From assembly GCA_027001995.1 (NCBI GenBank), contig JALTLO010000025.1:1-26279 (forward strand): DNA of 26,279 nt, written 5' to 3'. This DNA comes from Planctomycetota bacterium. GTDB lineage: Bacteria; Planctomycetota; GCA-002687715; DRQF01. Shown piece after piece: positions 8,300 through 16,119 of this stretch (within the stretch, counting starts at the first letter, position 1; every line of letters starts with the position of its first letter). The notes under the pieces were generated by a model. That model made no database searches. It worked only from the letters and a program-made list of their open reading frames with translations, and had not been told where the DNA came from. The translations under genes were made by a program, and so were the position numbers.

Positions 8300-8324
8300 G
8301 CTTCTCGTTCTCACTTCAACCGAC

Positions 8325-8354
8325 AAAAAAAGCCCGGACACTTGTCCGGGCTTG
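8325..8354 (-). terminator. Intrinsic terminator after rpoD
   Basis: Minus strand AAGCCCGGACA-AG-TGTCCGGGC-TTTTTTT, starting a few nt after the rpoD stop. Confidence 0.9.
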
Positions 8355-8360
8355 TATGAG

Positions 8361-10004
8361 TCAGATTCCGCTCGACTCCAGGAAACCTGAAAGCTTCCGA
8401 GAGCGAATGGGATGTTGCAGTTTCATAACTGCTTTCGCCTCGATCTGGCGAACTCGTTCTCGAGTCACCTTGAAGATCCTGCCGACCTCCTCGAGTGTAT
8501 ATGTGTAGCCATCACCGATGCCATAGCGCAGCTTAATGATCTCTCGCTCCCGATAATTCAAGGTTTGCAGGATATCTTTGATCCTGTCCTTGAGCATCTT
8601 GTGGGTTGCTGAGGTTACTGGCGATTCCGCACCTTCGTCTTCAATAAACTCGCCGAAGTAGGAGTCTTCGGAATCGCCCACAGGCCGATCCAGGGAAACC
8701 GGGTGCTTCGAAATGTTCATCACCCGCTTGGCCTCTTCCAAGGTGATATCTGCCGCTTTGGCAATTTCCTCGATTGTTGGCTCCCGCCCCTCTAATTGAA
8801 CCAAACGTTTATGCACGTTTCGCAACCGCGTCATGGTCTCAATCATGTGAACGGGAATACGAATTGTTCGGGCTTGATCAGCAATCGAACGGGTAATCGC
8901 TTGGCGAATCCACCAGGTGGCATAGGTCGAGAACTTGTAACCGCGACGGTACTCGTATTTCTCGACCGCCTTCATCAAACCGGTGTTGCCCTCTTGGATG
9001 AGATCTAAGAAGGTCAAACCACGGTTACGATACTTCTTGGCAATGGAAACAACCAAGCGCAGGTTACCGCTGGAGAGATCCCGCTTGGCTTCTTCATAAC
9101 GCTCGAAGCGGTCGTGAATCTGGTCGAGGCGAGCGGCCAACTGTTCCCGGGTTTCTCCCAGCTCGACTTGCATCTCAAAGAATTTCTCTGTCAGTCTTTG
9201 ACGGGTCACGTCGTCGTCAGGCTCAAGTTGTTCCGCTTCCCGCTCAATACGATTGAGGTCTGCGAAACGTTCCTCAAGAATGTTCATCATCGGACGAACT
9301 TTCTTGATCTGGAGCCCCAACTCTTCCAGGAGGACCACCACCTTCTTGCGCCGGGAGCGCAAGCGCTTGGTTACTTCAAAATGCTCGTCATCCCCCATGT
9401 TGCCGTCAAGGTAGCGACGGAACTCCAGGGCATTGCGATCAAGCACTTTGTGAATTGTAGCGATGTTCTCAGGCAAGCGATCGGCGATATCTTGCTTATC
9501 GACCTCCCCGACTTTGAGGGTACGGTCAAAAGCCAATTGCCCACGTTCGACATACTCAAAGATTTCGACGGCTGCCTTTGCCGTATAGGGGCACTCAAGA
9601 ATCTTCTTGCGGAACATCTTCCGCGTCAATTCAATCTTCTTGGCCAAGGAGATTTCTTGCGCCCGAGTCAGCAGTGGAATCTCGCCCATTTGGGTCAGAT
9701 ACATGCGAACTGGATCGTCAATCCGTTCCGTGGTTGAAGCTGCTGAAGGCGTAGCGACCGCAGCAGCCGTAGGGCTTTGAGCACCGGCGGCACGGGCCTC
9801 TGCAGCAGCCAACCTGCGATCCTCCGCATCCTCGTCGTCGAGGACATCGATCCCCTCGTCGTTGAGACGCAAAAGCAGATTTTCCACCTTATCAGGTGTG
9901 ATGACGTCTGGAGGCAGAATGCGATTGATTGTTTCGTAGGTTACGAAACCCGCTTTCTTGCCACCTTCGATCAACGTTTGGAGTTCGGACTCGAGTCCCT
10001 TCAT
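8361..10004 (-). CDS. rpoD: Primary RNA polymerase sigma factor
   Basis: Region 1.1, [73 protein letters not shown] and [17 protein letters not shown]. Confidence 0.98.
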   Translation of the reverse strand: MKGLESELQTLIEGGKKAGFVTYETINRILPPDVITPDKVENLLLRLNDEGIDVLDDEDAEDRRLAAAEARAAGAQSPTAAAVATPSAASTTERIDDPVRMYLTQMGEIPLLTRAQEISLAKKIELTRKMFRKKILECPYTAKAAVEIFEYVERGQLAFDRTLKVGEVDKQDIADRLPENIATIHKVLDRNALEFRRYLDGNMGDDEHFEVTKRLRSRRKKVVVLLEELGLQIKKVRPMMNILEERFADLNRIEREAEQLEPDDDVTRQRLTEKFFEMQVELGETREQLAARLDQIHDRFERYEEAKRDLSSGNLRLVVSIAKKYRNRGLTFLDLIQEGNTGLMKAVEKYEYRRGYKFSTYATWWIRQAITRSIADQARTIRIPVHMIETMTRLRNVHKRLVQLEGREPTIEEIAKAADITLEEAKRVMNISKHPVSLDRPVGDSEDSYFGEFIEDEGAESPVTSATHKMLKDRIKDILQTLNYREREIIKLRYGIGDGYTYTLEEVGRIFKVTRERVRQIEAKAVMKLQHPIRSRKLSGFLESSGI

Positions 10005-10148
10005 ATGGCCTCTCTGTCTATGAAATCCGGCCCATTTCTTTCATCCGACCGTAGAATAAGGAGCTTTCTTAAACCTCCTCATCTGACCTTCGGTATTCTA
10101 CCCCTCGGAGAATAAAAGAATTCCGAGATTGATTTGTTCGTAAGTATA

Positions 10149-10177
10149 ATTGTAGGAACTTCCTTACGCTCGGACAA
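10149..10177 (-). promoter_or_regulatory. Putative internal sigma70 promoter for rpoD
   Basis: Minus strand TTGTCC-17 nt-TACAAT in the dnaG-rpoD spacer. Confidence 0.6.
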
Positions 10178-10205
10178 GATTGCCCAAAGAGGGGACAATC
10201 AAGCC

Positions 10206-12131
10206 TCAAAACATGTCATCATCATCAAAACCTGGGTCTGAATCAGAACTTTCTTCCTCCCAAGGGGCTTCCACCGGGGTTTCATCCTCCTTTCGCAACT
10301 TGGGCGCCGCAAATTGAGGGGGTTTGTTGACCTTCGGTGTTGCTACGGTCTCGGAATCAGAATTTTGGGCCTTTTTCATTTTTTGAAAAATCGCCGCAAA
10401 GTTATCTTCATTCACCCCATCCGCCTTCAGAGCATGGAGCTCCCGCTCATGGCGGCACTCCAAGAGATGCCTGATTCCCCCGGCGAGCTGAATCGGCAAG
10501 CTCTCGGATGGTTCATCAGCGATGACCAGATTCTTGACGAATTCCCTATCTCCTGGGTTTTCAATCCCCAAAAGAATTGTGTCGAAACTAACCCCAGCCC
10601 CTTCTTTCGCTTTGGCAGAAAGCAAAGAGAACAGTCGTTTGCCCGCACCGGTCGAAAAATCATCCTCAAGAAGTTCACGATGCCAAGCTGAGCCAGCCCC
10701 TGCTCCATTGACCAACGCTTGAAGGACATGACGTTCTGCCCGTCTCGTAGCCCGTGTCACCGGTCGATCCGGCTCTTGGGAAACAGCGGCTTTCTTAGCG
10801 GGTCGATCCTCTTCCCCCATGGGAGGTCGATATTTGGGGGTCGTCCCCAGGGATCGGGATTCTAAGTCCCTTCGCGACAAGCTCAGGCTGTGGGCAATTC
10901 GATCAAGAATGAGGCCCCGTTTGATCGGATTGCTGGCGGCGTGGGCTAACTTCAACAGCTCATCTGCAGCCTTCACCTTGCCAACGACATCATTGAGATC
11001 ATGTCGCTCACAGACCTCTCCCAGGACAAAGTCAAAAAACGGCAGGGCGCTGGCACGGATAGCCTCCAGCCCTTCGATACCCCTTGCAGCGAGAAAATCA
11101 CATGGATCTTGTTTGGCGGCCAATCGAGCCACCTTCAGATCTAAGTCAATGGCAGTGAACAGTTCCGCTCCCCGTTCAGCAGCTTTGCGACCAGCAGCAT
11201 CCCCGTCATAAACCAAAGTAATCTGCTCCGTGTACCGCCCCAAGAGACGGGCATGTTGAGGAGTCAATGCCGTCCCCAACGTTGCCACCGCCGGCATTTG
11301 GGCCTGTTGCACCGCCATGATCACGTCGGTATAGCCTTCCATTACAAAGATCTCTTCATCTTTTTTGAGGCGACGAAGACGATCAAGACCGTAGAGACTG
11401 GCACTCTTGTTGAAAACAGGAGTCTTGGGTGAATTGAGATACTTGGGCTCGGATCCGTCTAAAGAGCGACCACCGAAACCGATAACCCGATCCAGGGCAT
11501 CAAAAATTGGAAAGATAAGCCGATCACGAAAGGCGTCGTAAACGCCACTTTTTCCTTCTCGTTGCTTCGCCAACCCTGCGTCAAGCAAGAGGCGATCAGG
11601 AATTCCCAGGGCCCGAGCAGCATCCGCCAATTCAGTCCAAGCATCCGGCGCGTAACCGATTTTGAATTCTGCCCATGTCTCCCGAGAGAGCTTGCGCCCA
11701 TCAAGATAGTCCCGGCAACCCTGCCCCTTTTCTAAGGTGAGCTGTTTCTGAAAGAACTTCGCCGCCCAAGCATTGACCCGAAATACATCGGATTTCGCCG
11801 ATTCATGGGATGGCTTCGGAGCTTCCCCCACTTCTCTTTCGATCTCAATACCAGATCGATCAGCGAGGAATTCCACCGCCTCGACAAAACCCACCCGGTC
11901 CATCGCCATGACGAAATCAATGGCAGAACCTTTTTCTCCGCAGCCAAAACAATGGAACCATCCTCGGTCGGGGGTGACAGAGAAACTGGGAGTTTTTTCG
12001 TCGTGAAAGGGACAAAGCCCCTTGTAGGCCCGTCCTGACCGCTTGAGAGTCACATAGCCACTGACGATGTCCACGATGTTGCTGGCTTCTTTGACGCGCT
12101 CCAAGCATGTACTCGTGATTCGCCCAGCCAC
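10206..12131 (-). CDS. dnaG: DNA primase
   Basis: CPFH...CFGC zinc finger, FGGR...PKYLNSP.T and TOPRIM EGYTDV...YDGDAAG. GTG 12131 chosen as start because a GGAGGT SD sits in the last rsmA codons. Confidence 0.97.
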   Translation of the reverse strand: MAGRITSTCLERVKEASNIVDIVSGYVTLKRSGRAYKGLCPFHDEKTPSFSVTPDRGWFHCFGCGEKGSAIDFVMAMDRVGFVEAVEFLADRSGIEIEREVGEAPKPSHESAKSDVFRVNAWAAKFFQKQLTLEKGQGCRDYLDGRKLSRETWAEFKIGYAPDAWTELADAARALGIPDRLLLDAGLAKQREGKSGVYDAFRDRLIFPIFDALDRVIGFGGRSLDGSEPKYLNSPKTPVFNKSASLYGLDRLRRLKKDEEIFVMEGYTDVIMAVQQAQMPAVATLGTALTPQHARLLGRYTEQITLVYDGDAAGRKAAERGAELFTAIDLDLKVARLAAKQDPCDFLAARGIEGLEAIRASALPFFDFVLGEVCERHDLNDVVGKVKAADELLKLAHAASNPIKRGLILDRIAHSLSLSRRDLESRSLGTTPKYRPPMGEEDRPAKKAAVSQEPDRPVTRATRRAERHVLQALVNGAGAGSAWHRELLEDDFSTGAGKRLFSLLSAKAKEGAGVSFDTILLGIENPGDREFVKNLVIADEPSESLPIQLAGGIRHLLECRHERELHALKADGVNEDNFAAIFQKMKKAQNSDSETVATPKVNKPPQFAAPKLRKEDETPVEAPWEEESSDSDPGFDDDDMF

Positions 12132-12132
12132 C

Positions 12133-13035
12133 TTAGACCTCCCCAATGGCCTCCGTCAGAGCCCGGTCCAAGATAACGAAGGTTTGAGGTTCGAGGGATT
12201 CCGCACGCTCTTGACCTGTAAGTCCGAGCTTCTCGAGCATCTCGTCCAGGACTTCTGGTTTGATTGGTCCACCCATCACAGCAGGAAGTTTGCGCAAAAT
12301 ACTACGAATCGTCTTGCGACGTTCTGAGAACAGCAAACGAACCAAGGGATAGGCCCTCAAGACCTTGGGAGGATCGACACGATTGCTTCGAATGCAAACA
12401 ATGGCGGAATCGACTTTGGGCTTGGGCCAAAATACTTCGCAAGAAAGTGTTCGTTCAATGGTCACATCAGCGAGAAGCTGAACCAAGATCGACAAAGGTG
12501 AATACTCTTTCGTCCCAGGTTTGGCCGCCAAACCTTCGGCCAGCTCCTTCTGCACCATCAAGACCATCAAGGCCGGAGCCCCGTAGCGCACCAAAAGAGA
12601 GGTGAGAAAAGGCGTGGAAATGTTGTAAGGCAAGTTGGCAACGACTTTGAAGTTTTTCAGGTCCGGAGCCACAAGAGCCACATCAATCTTTTCACAGACA
12701 TCAGGGTTCAAAGAGCTCTTCGTTGCCATGATATCCCCATGGACTAAACGGATATTGGGCTCAACACCCAAGAGGTCGCGAACCAAGGAGAAAAGCCCTC
12801 CGTCGATCTCAACTGTTACGACGAAACCAGCCGCATCTGCCAGACGTTTGGTCAGAGTGCCAGCCCCAGTACCGATTTCGAGAACAAAATCGGAGCTCTC
12901 AAGCTCAGCCTGGCGCATGATGACGTCCAAGATTTTTGGTTCGACCAGAAAATTCTGGCCATAACGTTTGTTGGGCGACAAACCGCGCTCGTTGAGGACA
13001 GCACGAAGCTGACTGGGAGTTTCAGGGACCTGCAT
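12133..13035 (-). CDS. rsmA: 16S rRNA m6,2A dimethyltransferase (KsgA)
   Basis: K.YGQNFL, LEIGTGAGTLT, VEID, VVANLPYNIS, LMVQKE.A and F.PKPKVDSA motifs. Confidence 0.97.
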   Translation of the reverse strand: MQVPETPSQLRAVLNERGLSPNKRYGQNFLVEPKILDVIMRQAELESSDFVLEIGTGAGTLTKRLADAAGFVVTVEIDGGLFSLVRDLLGVEPNIRLVHGDIMATKSSLNPDVCEKIDVALVAPDLKNFKVVANLPYNISTPFLTSLLVRYGAPALMVLMVQKELAEGLAAKPGTKEYSPLSILVQLLADVTIERTLSCEVFWPKPKVDSAIVCIRSNRVDPPKVLRAYPLVRLLFSERRKTIRSILRKLPAVMGGPIKPEVLDEMLEKLGLTGQERAESLEPQTFVILDRALTEAIGEV

Positions 13036-13043
13036 GGGCTGGT

Positions 13044-14030
13044 TTACGATCCTTTTCTAATCTGCTTGACCAAGTCGTCAATTCTACCGCGAACTCCCTC
13101 GTCTGAACATGACCGAAAAGCAGCGTTTAGGTACGGCAGCGATTTTTTTCCGCTTTTGAGCAGCTCTTGAGCCGCTGGTCGCCCGCGAGCGAACCGATGA
13201 TAGATATCAGGCCATGCAAGATCTTTAATCCAACCGATGGCCTGTTCTTGAAATTCTAACTCTTCGTCTGAGATAACACAGCGGAATCCCAAGTCCCACG
13301 CCGCTGTCACCCGACTATTCTGGAGACGTTCAAACGACCCTAAACTCCCCAAGGGATAGCTATTAAACGCCCCACCTCGGACAATGCGATAGCGGGCATT
13401 TTGCCCCGTTTCAAAACTTCCGGCCACCAGAGACTCGGTGGGGTCGCTGCTTGTCCATTCCCAGACGTTGCCAACCATGTCGTAGGCACCGCAAGGACTT
13501 CGACCCCGCTCAAACAGACCAACCCGAGTGACCCGCGGAGCCATTTTCCCCCGCTCCCAAGTTCCCGCTACATTGGCGGCGGCGATCCAGGCATTCCCCC
13601 AAGGCCAAGCCATTTCCTTGGTACCCAAGGCCGCTCGCTCCCACTCAATATTGCTGGGAATCCTCTTCTGGTAGAAGGCGGCGAAGGCACAGGCCTGAGG
13701 ATAGGTGACCCATCGCACCGGGTAGTCTGGACCGCGATTGACTTCAAAAGAGGGGTATTCCCAAGGAAAGGAAGCGGACTCCTGAAGGAAGCGCTGCCAA
13801 TCCCGTTCGGTGACCTCGAATTGATCAATCCAATAGCCAGAAACTTCAGTCAACGTCCCGTGGATGCGAAAAACACCGGCTGGGACGTGGACCATGGAAT
13901 CACGATCCGTGACATGGAGGTTCATCTCCGCTGGCTCCGCCATCATCGCCCATCCCGCAATGAAGACGAGGACAACTAAGATTGTGCCCAGCAAGAACTT
14001 GATCCACTTGTGCCCTAAGGCCACGGTCAT
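13044..14030 (-). CDS. Membrane-anchored FGE-sulfatase (SUMF1-fold) domain protein with a C-terminal HEAT-like helical segment
   Basis: N-terminal TM; FEVT, PVRWVT, RIPSNIEWERAA, G.YDMVGNVWEW, RGG.F and LGFRCV motifs. Confidence 0.88.
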   Translation of the reverse strand: MTVALGHKWIKFLLGTILVVLVFIAGWAMMAEPAEMNLHVTDRDSMVHVPAGVFRIHGTLTEVSGYWIDQFEVTERDWQRFLQESASFPWEYPSFEVNRGPDYPVRWVTYPQACAFAAFYQKRIPSNIEWERAALGTKEMAWPWGNAWIAAANVAGTWERGKMAPRVTRVGLFERGRSPCGAYDMVGNVWEWTSSDPTESLVAGSFETGQNARYRIVRGGAFNSYPLGSLGSFERLQNSRVTAAWDLGFRCVISDEELEFQEQAIGWIKDLAWPDIYHRFARGRPAAQELLKSGKKSLPYLNAAFRSCSDEGVRGRIDDLVKQIRKGS

Positions 14031-14722
14031 TCACCTAAAATTAGAATCTCGACCCGACGGTTACGTTGACGCCCTTCATCGGTGTCATTGCTAGCCACAG
14101 GTCGTTCTGGCCCATACCCAGCATAGAATACGCGATCCCGTGGGAAATCACACTTTTCTGTGAGAAACCATGCCACTTGCAAAGAGCGAGATCCGGAGAG
14201 CTCCAAGTTGCCCATGGGATAGCGTCCTCTTTGTTTGACGATGGGAACATTGTCTGTGTGACCATCAATCCGAATTCTCGTGTTCGTTTCGAGTAAACGG
14301 GCGCAGATTTTGCGCAAGATCTCTTGTCCACGTGAGGATATCTTGTCGCTGGCACTGTCGAAAAGAACTTCCCCCTCTACCGTGAGGGCCGTTCCCTCCG
14401 ATGTTTGCCGCAAACTCACGGCATCGTCGATGCTGGTGAAGCGGCTCTGGAGATCGGCAAATTCCTGGCGCAACCTTTGCAACTCGGCGGCAGCGTTCTC
14501 ATTGCCTTTGAGACGGGCAATTTCCATTTGCGCCAAGTCCATTTTGTTGCGCAAAGCGTTCAATTCTTGATCTTTGCTAGCATTAGATTGCCGCAAACTA
14601 CGAATCACTTCGTCTTGATTGTCGATTTCTTGGCTAGCGGCGTCGTAGCGTTCTGTGGACACGCAGGCGGTCCCAGAGAGGAGCATGGCACCAACAAGGA
14701 GAGCTATTGAGAATTTTCGCAT
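14027..14722 (-). CDS. OmpA/MotB C-terminal-like domain lipoprotein with coiled coil
   Basis: Signal peptide ending GTAC, a heptad region, then VLFDS, I.GHTD..P, N.ELS..R, GYG..RP...N and NRRVEI. Its stop overlaps the next ATG (ATGA). Confidence 0.9.
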   Translation of the reverse strand: MRKFSIALLVGAMLLSGTACVSTERYDAASQEIDNQDEVIRSLRQSNASKDQELNALRNKMDLAQMEIARLKGNENAAAELQRLRQEFADLQSRFTSIDDAVSLRQTSEGTALTVEGEVLFDSASDKISSRGQEILRKICARLLETNTRIRIDGHTDNVPIVKQRGRYPMGNLELSGSRSLQVAWFLTEKCDFPRDRVFYAGYGPERPVASNDTDEGRQRNRRVEILILGE

Positions 14723-14920
14723 GATCGGATTCCTTAGAGTCTGCTTAGGACTCGGAAGATACCAAGTGGCGGGGACTCAAGTGGCTGCAAAACAACCTTC
14801 TGGATTCTCGGAAATCAGCGCCAAAGACCAAGCCGATTGCCCTTTCCATAGGCCAAACCCCGTCGGCGCTCACGGCCTTCAAAGAGGTGTATCATGAGAC
14901 CCGACGCCAAATGGAGCCAT

Positions 14921-14948
14921 AAAAAAACCCCCGAAAGACTTCGGGGGC
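14921..14948 (-). terminator. Intrinsic terminator after the HTH-TM gene
   Basis: Minus strand CCCCCGAA stem pairing with TTCGGGGG, followed by TTTTTTT. Confidence 0.88.
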
Positions 14949-14972
14949 TCTCTTAACAGTTAAGCAGTGCGC

Positions 14973-15608
14973 TTACTTCTTGTTGCCGAAAACACCATTG
15001 GCTTTTTCGCCAATCGACTTTCCGATGCTGGAAGCCTCGCCACGAGCAATGTCGTACCAGACTGCCAAGCCAGCAAACATGATGAGCGAGGTCAAAATCA
15101 TGAGTCCCATGAAAGCGGGATGAATTTGACCCACTGCTGCTTCTTCAGCCACACGAATCTGAGTCGAACGACCGGTTGTCCGGCGAATCGTTGTCGTCTT
15201 TCCTCGTGCGCCACCAGCGGCAGCCTCAGGTTGCGTGCGCGTGACACGAGTTTTGGACACAGAAGCCTTCTTCTTGGGCTTCGGTGCATCATCGATGAAG
15301 GTCTCGTCGCTGGAGATCGGCTCCGTCTTCATGCCGACCTCATCTTCGAGATCCAAGTCTTCGATTTCCTCATCAAACAACAGGTCATCAGTCAGCGTGT
15401 CGCTGGACTCATCCTGAAATTTGATCGTTTTCCCCGTGTCCTGCTTGAGTTTTTCAATGTCCTCGCGCTTGAACTTCATTTTGTCCGCGTCGCGGAACGC
15501 ACGGATTTCACCTTCAGATACCAGACGTTTCAGCTCATCTTCTTTGAGCCGCAGCTCCTTAAGAGCCTTTTCCAGTGAGATGAATTCTTCTTTCTCGGGC
15601 ACCGACAT
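14973..15608 (-). CDS. HTH_17/MerR-like helix-turn-helix protein with acidic linker and C-terminal transmembrane helix
   Basis: GAGGAG SD and ATG 15608. FISLEKALKEL...ELKRLVSEGEIRAFRD..KMKFKREDIE, then a D/E-rich and a K/R/T-rich linker, then hydrophobic FMGLMILTSLIMFAGLAVW. Confidence 0.8.
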   Translation of the reverse strand: MSVPEKEEFISLEKALKELRLKEDELKRLVSEGEIRAFRDADKMKFKREDIEKLKQDTGKTIKFQDESSDTLTDDLLFDEEIEDLDLEDEVGMKTEPISSDETFIDDAPKPKKKASVSKTRVTRTQPEAAAGGARGKTTTIRRTTGRSTQIRVAEEAAVGQIHPAFMGLMILTSLIMFAGLAVWYDIARGEASSIGKSIGEKANGVFGNKK

Positions 15609-15678
15609 TCTCCTCAAACAAGCTAATCCCTACAGTGAAGCTGGCGCAGTTTACGCTTATCCCCCACTGTTTGAAAAG

Positions 15679-16092
15679 TCACTTTTCTTTCTTAGTTGAG
15701 TCTTTCTCTGGAGCAGCCCCTGCGGGGGAGGAAGAATCGACTCTTCCCTTGCGGTAATCCAAGTATCGCTTCTCCAAATTTAGGGGGCTATAGGCGTCCG
15801 AAGTACGGTCGCGATAGGCCACTAATTTCAAGTCATGTTCGATTCTACGGGCCCCAACAAGTTCAATTGTCGAGCCATTCATGCTGCGGTAAGCTGCTAA
15901 CTGCTTTGACTTTGTGTCAATTACCCAGAGTACAGATGTACCATTACCGTACTCACCGGTGACAGCGATCATATCAGAGTTGCTGTCCGTTCCGGAACGG
16001 CCAGCGAGAGCGTCGCTCCCCCCGTTCACAACCAAGAAACCAACCGCAATAAGAAGTCCAATAATCACCAACGATTTGGCGTCAATTTTCAT
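15679..16092 (-). CDS. Small exported or membrane-anchored hypothetical protein
   Basis: AAGGTGG SD, an N-terminal hydrophobic segment and a beta-rich core (MIAVTG, SVLWVIDT, IELVGAR). Co-oriented and tightly packed with its neighbours. Confidence 0.75.
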   Translation of the reverse strand: MKIDAKSLVIIGLLIAVGFLVVNGGSDALAGRSGTDSNSDMIAVTGEYGNGTSVLWVIDTKSKQLAAYRSMNGSTIELVGARRIEHDLKLVAYRDRTSDAYSPLNLEKRYLDYRKGRVDSSSPAGAAPEKDSTKKEK

Positions 16093-16119
16093 GATGCGTC
16101 CACCTTTTAGGGGCCATTT

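Noticed and set aside
14027..14722. Flagellar stator MotB
   Set aside because: It has a lipoprotein signal instead of the Asp-bearing TM, and no motA or flagellar genes are adjacent.
14952..14975. Short palindromes CTTAAC-A-GTTAAG and TAAGC-N5-GCTTA
   Set aside because: They sit in a 3' UTR between a stop codon and a terminator and are too short to distinguish from chance.
14973..15608. Prophage or ICE excisionase
   Set aside because: No integrase, att repeats or compositional shift, and the protein has a TM anchor.
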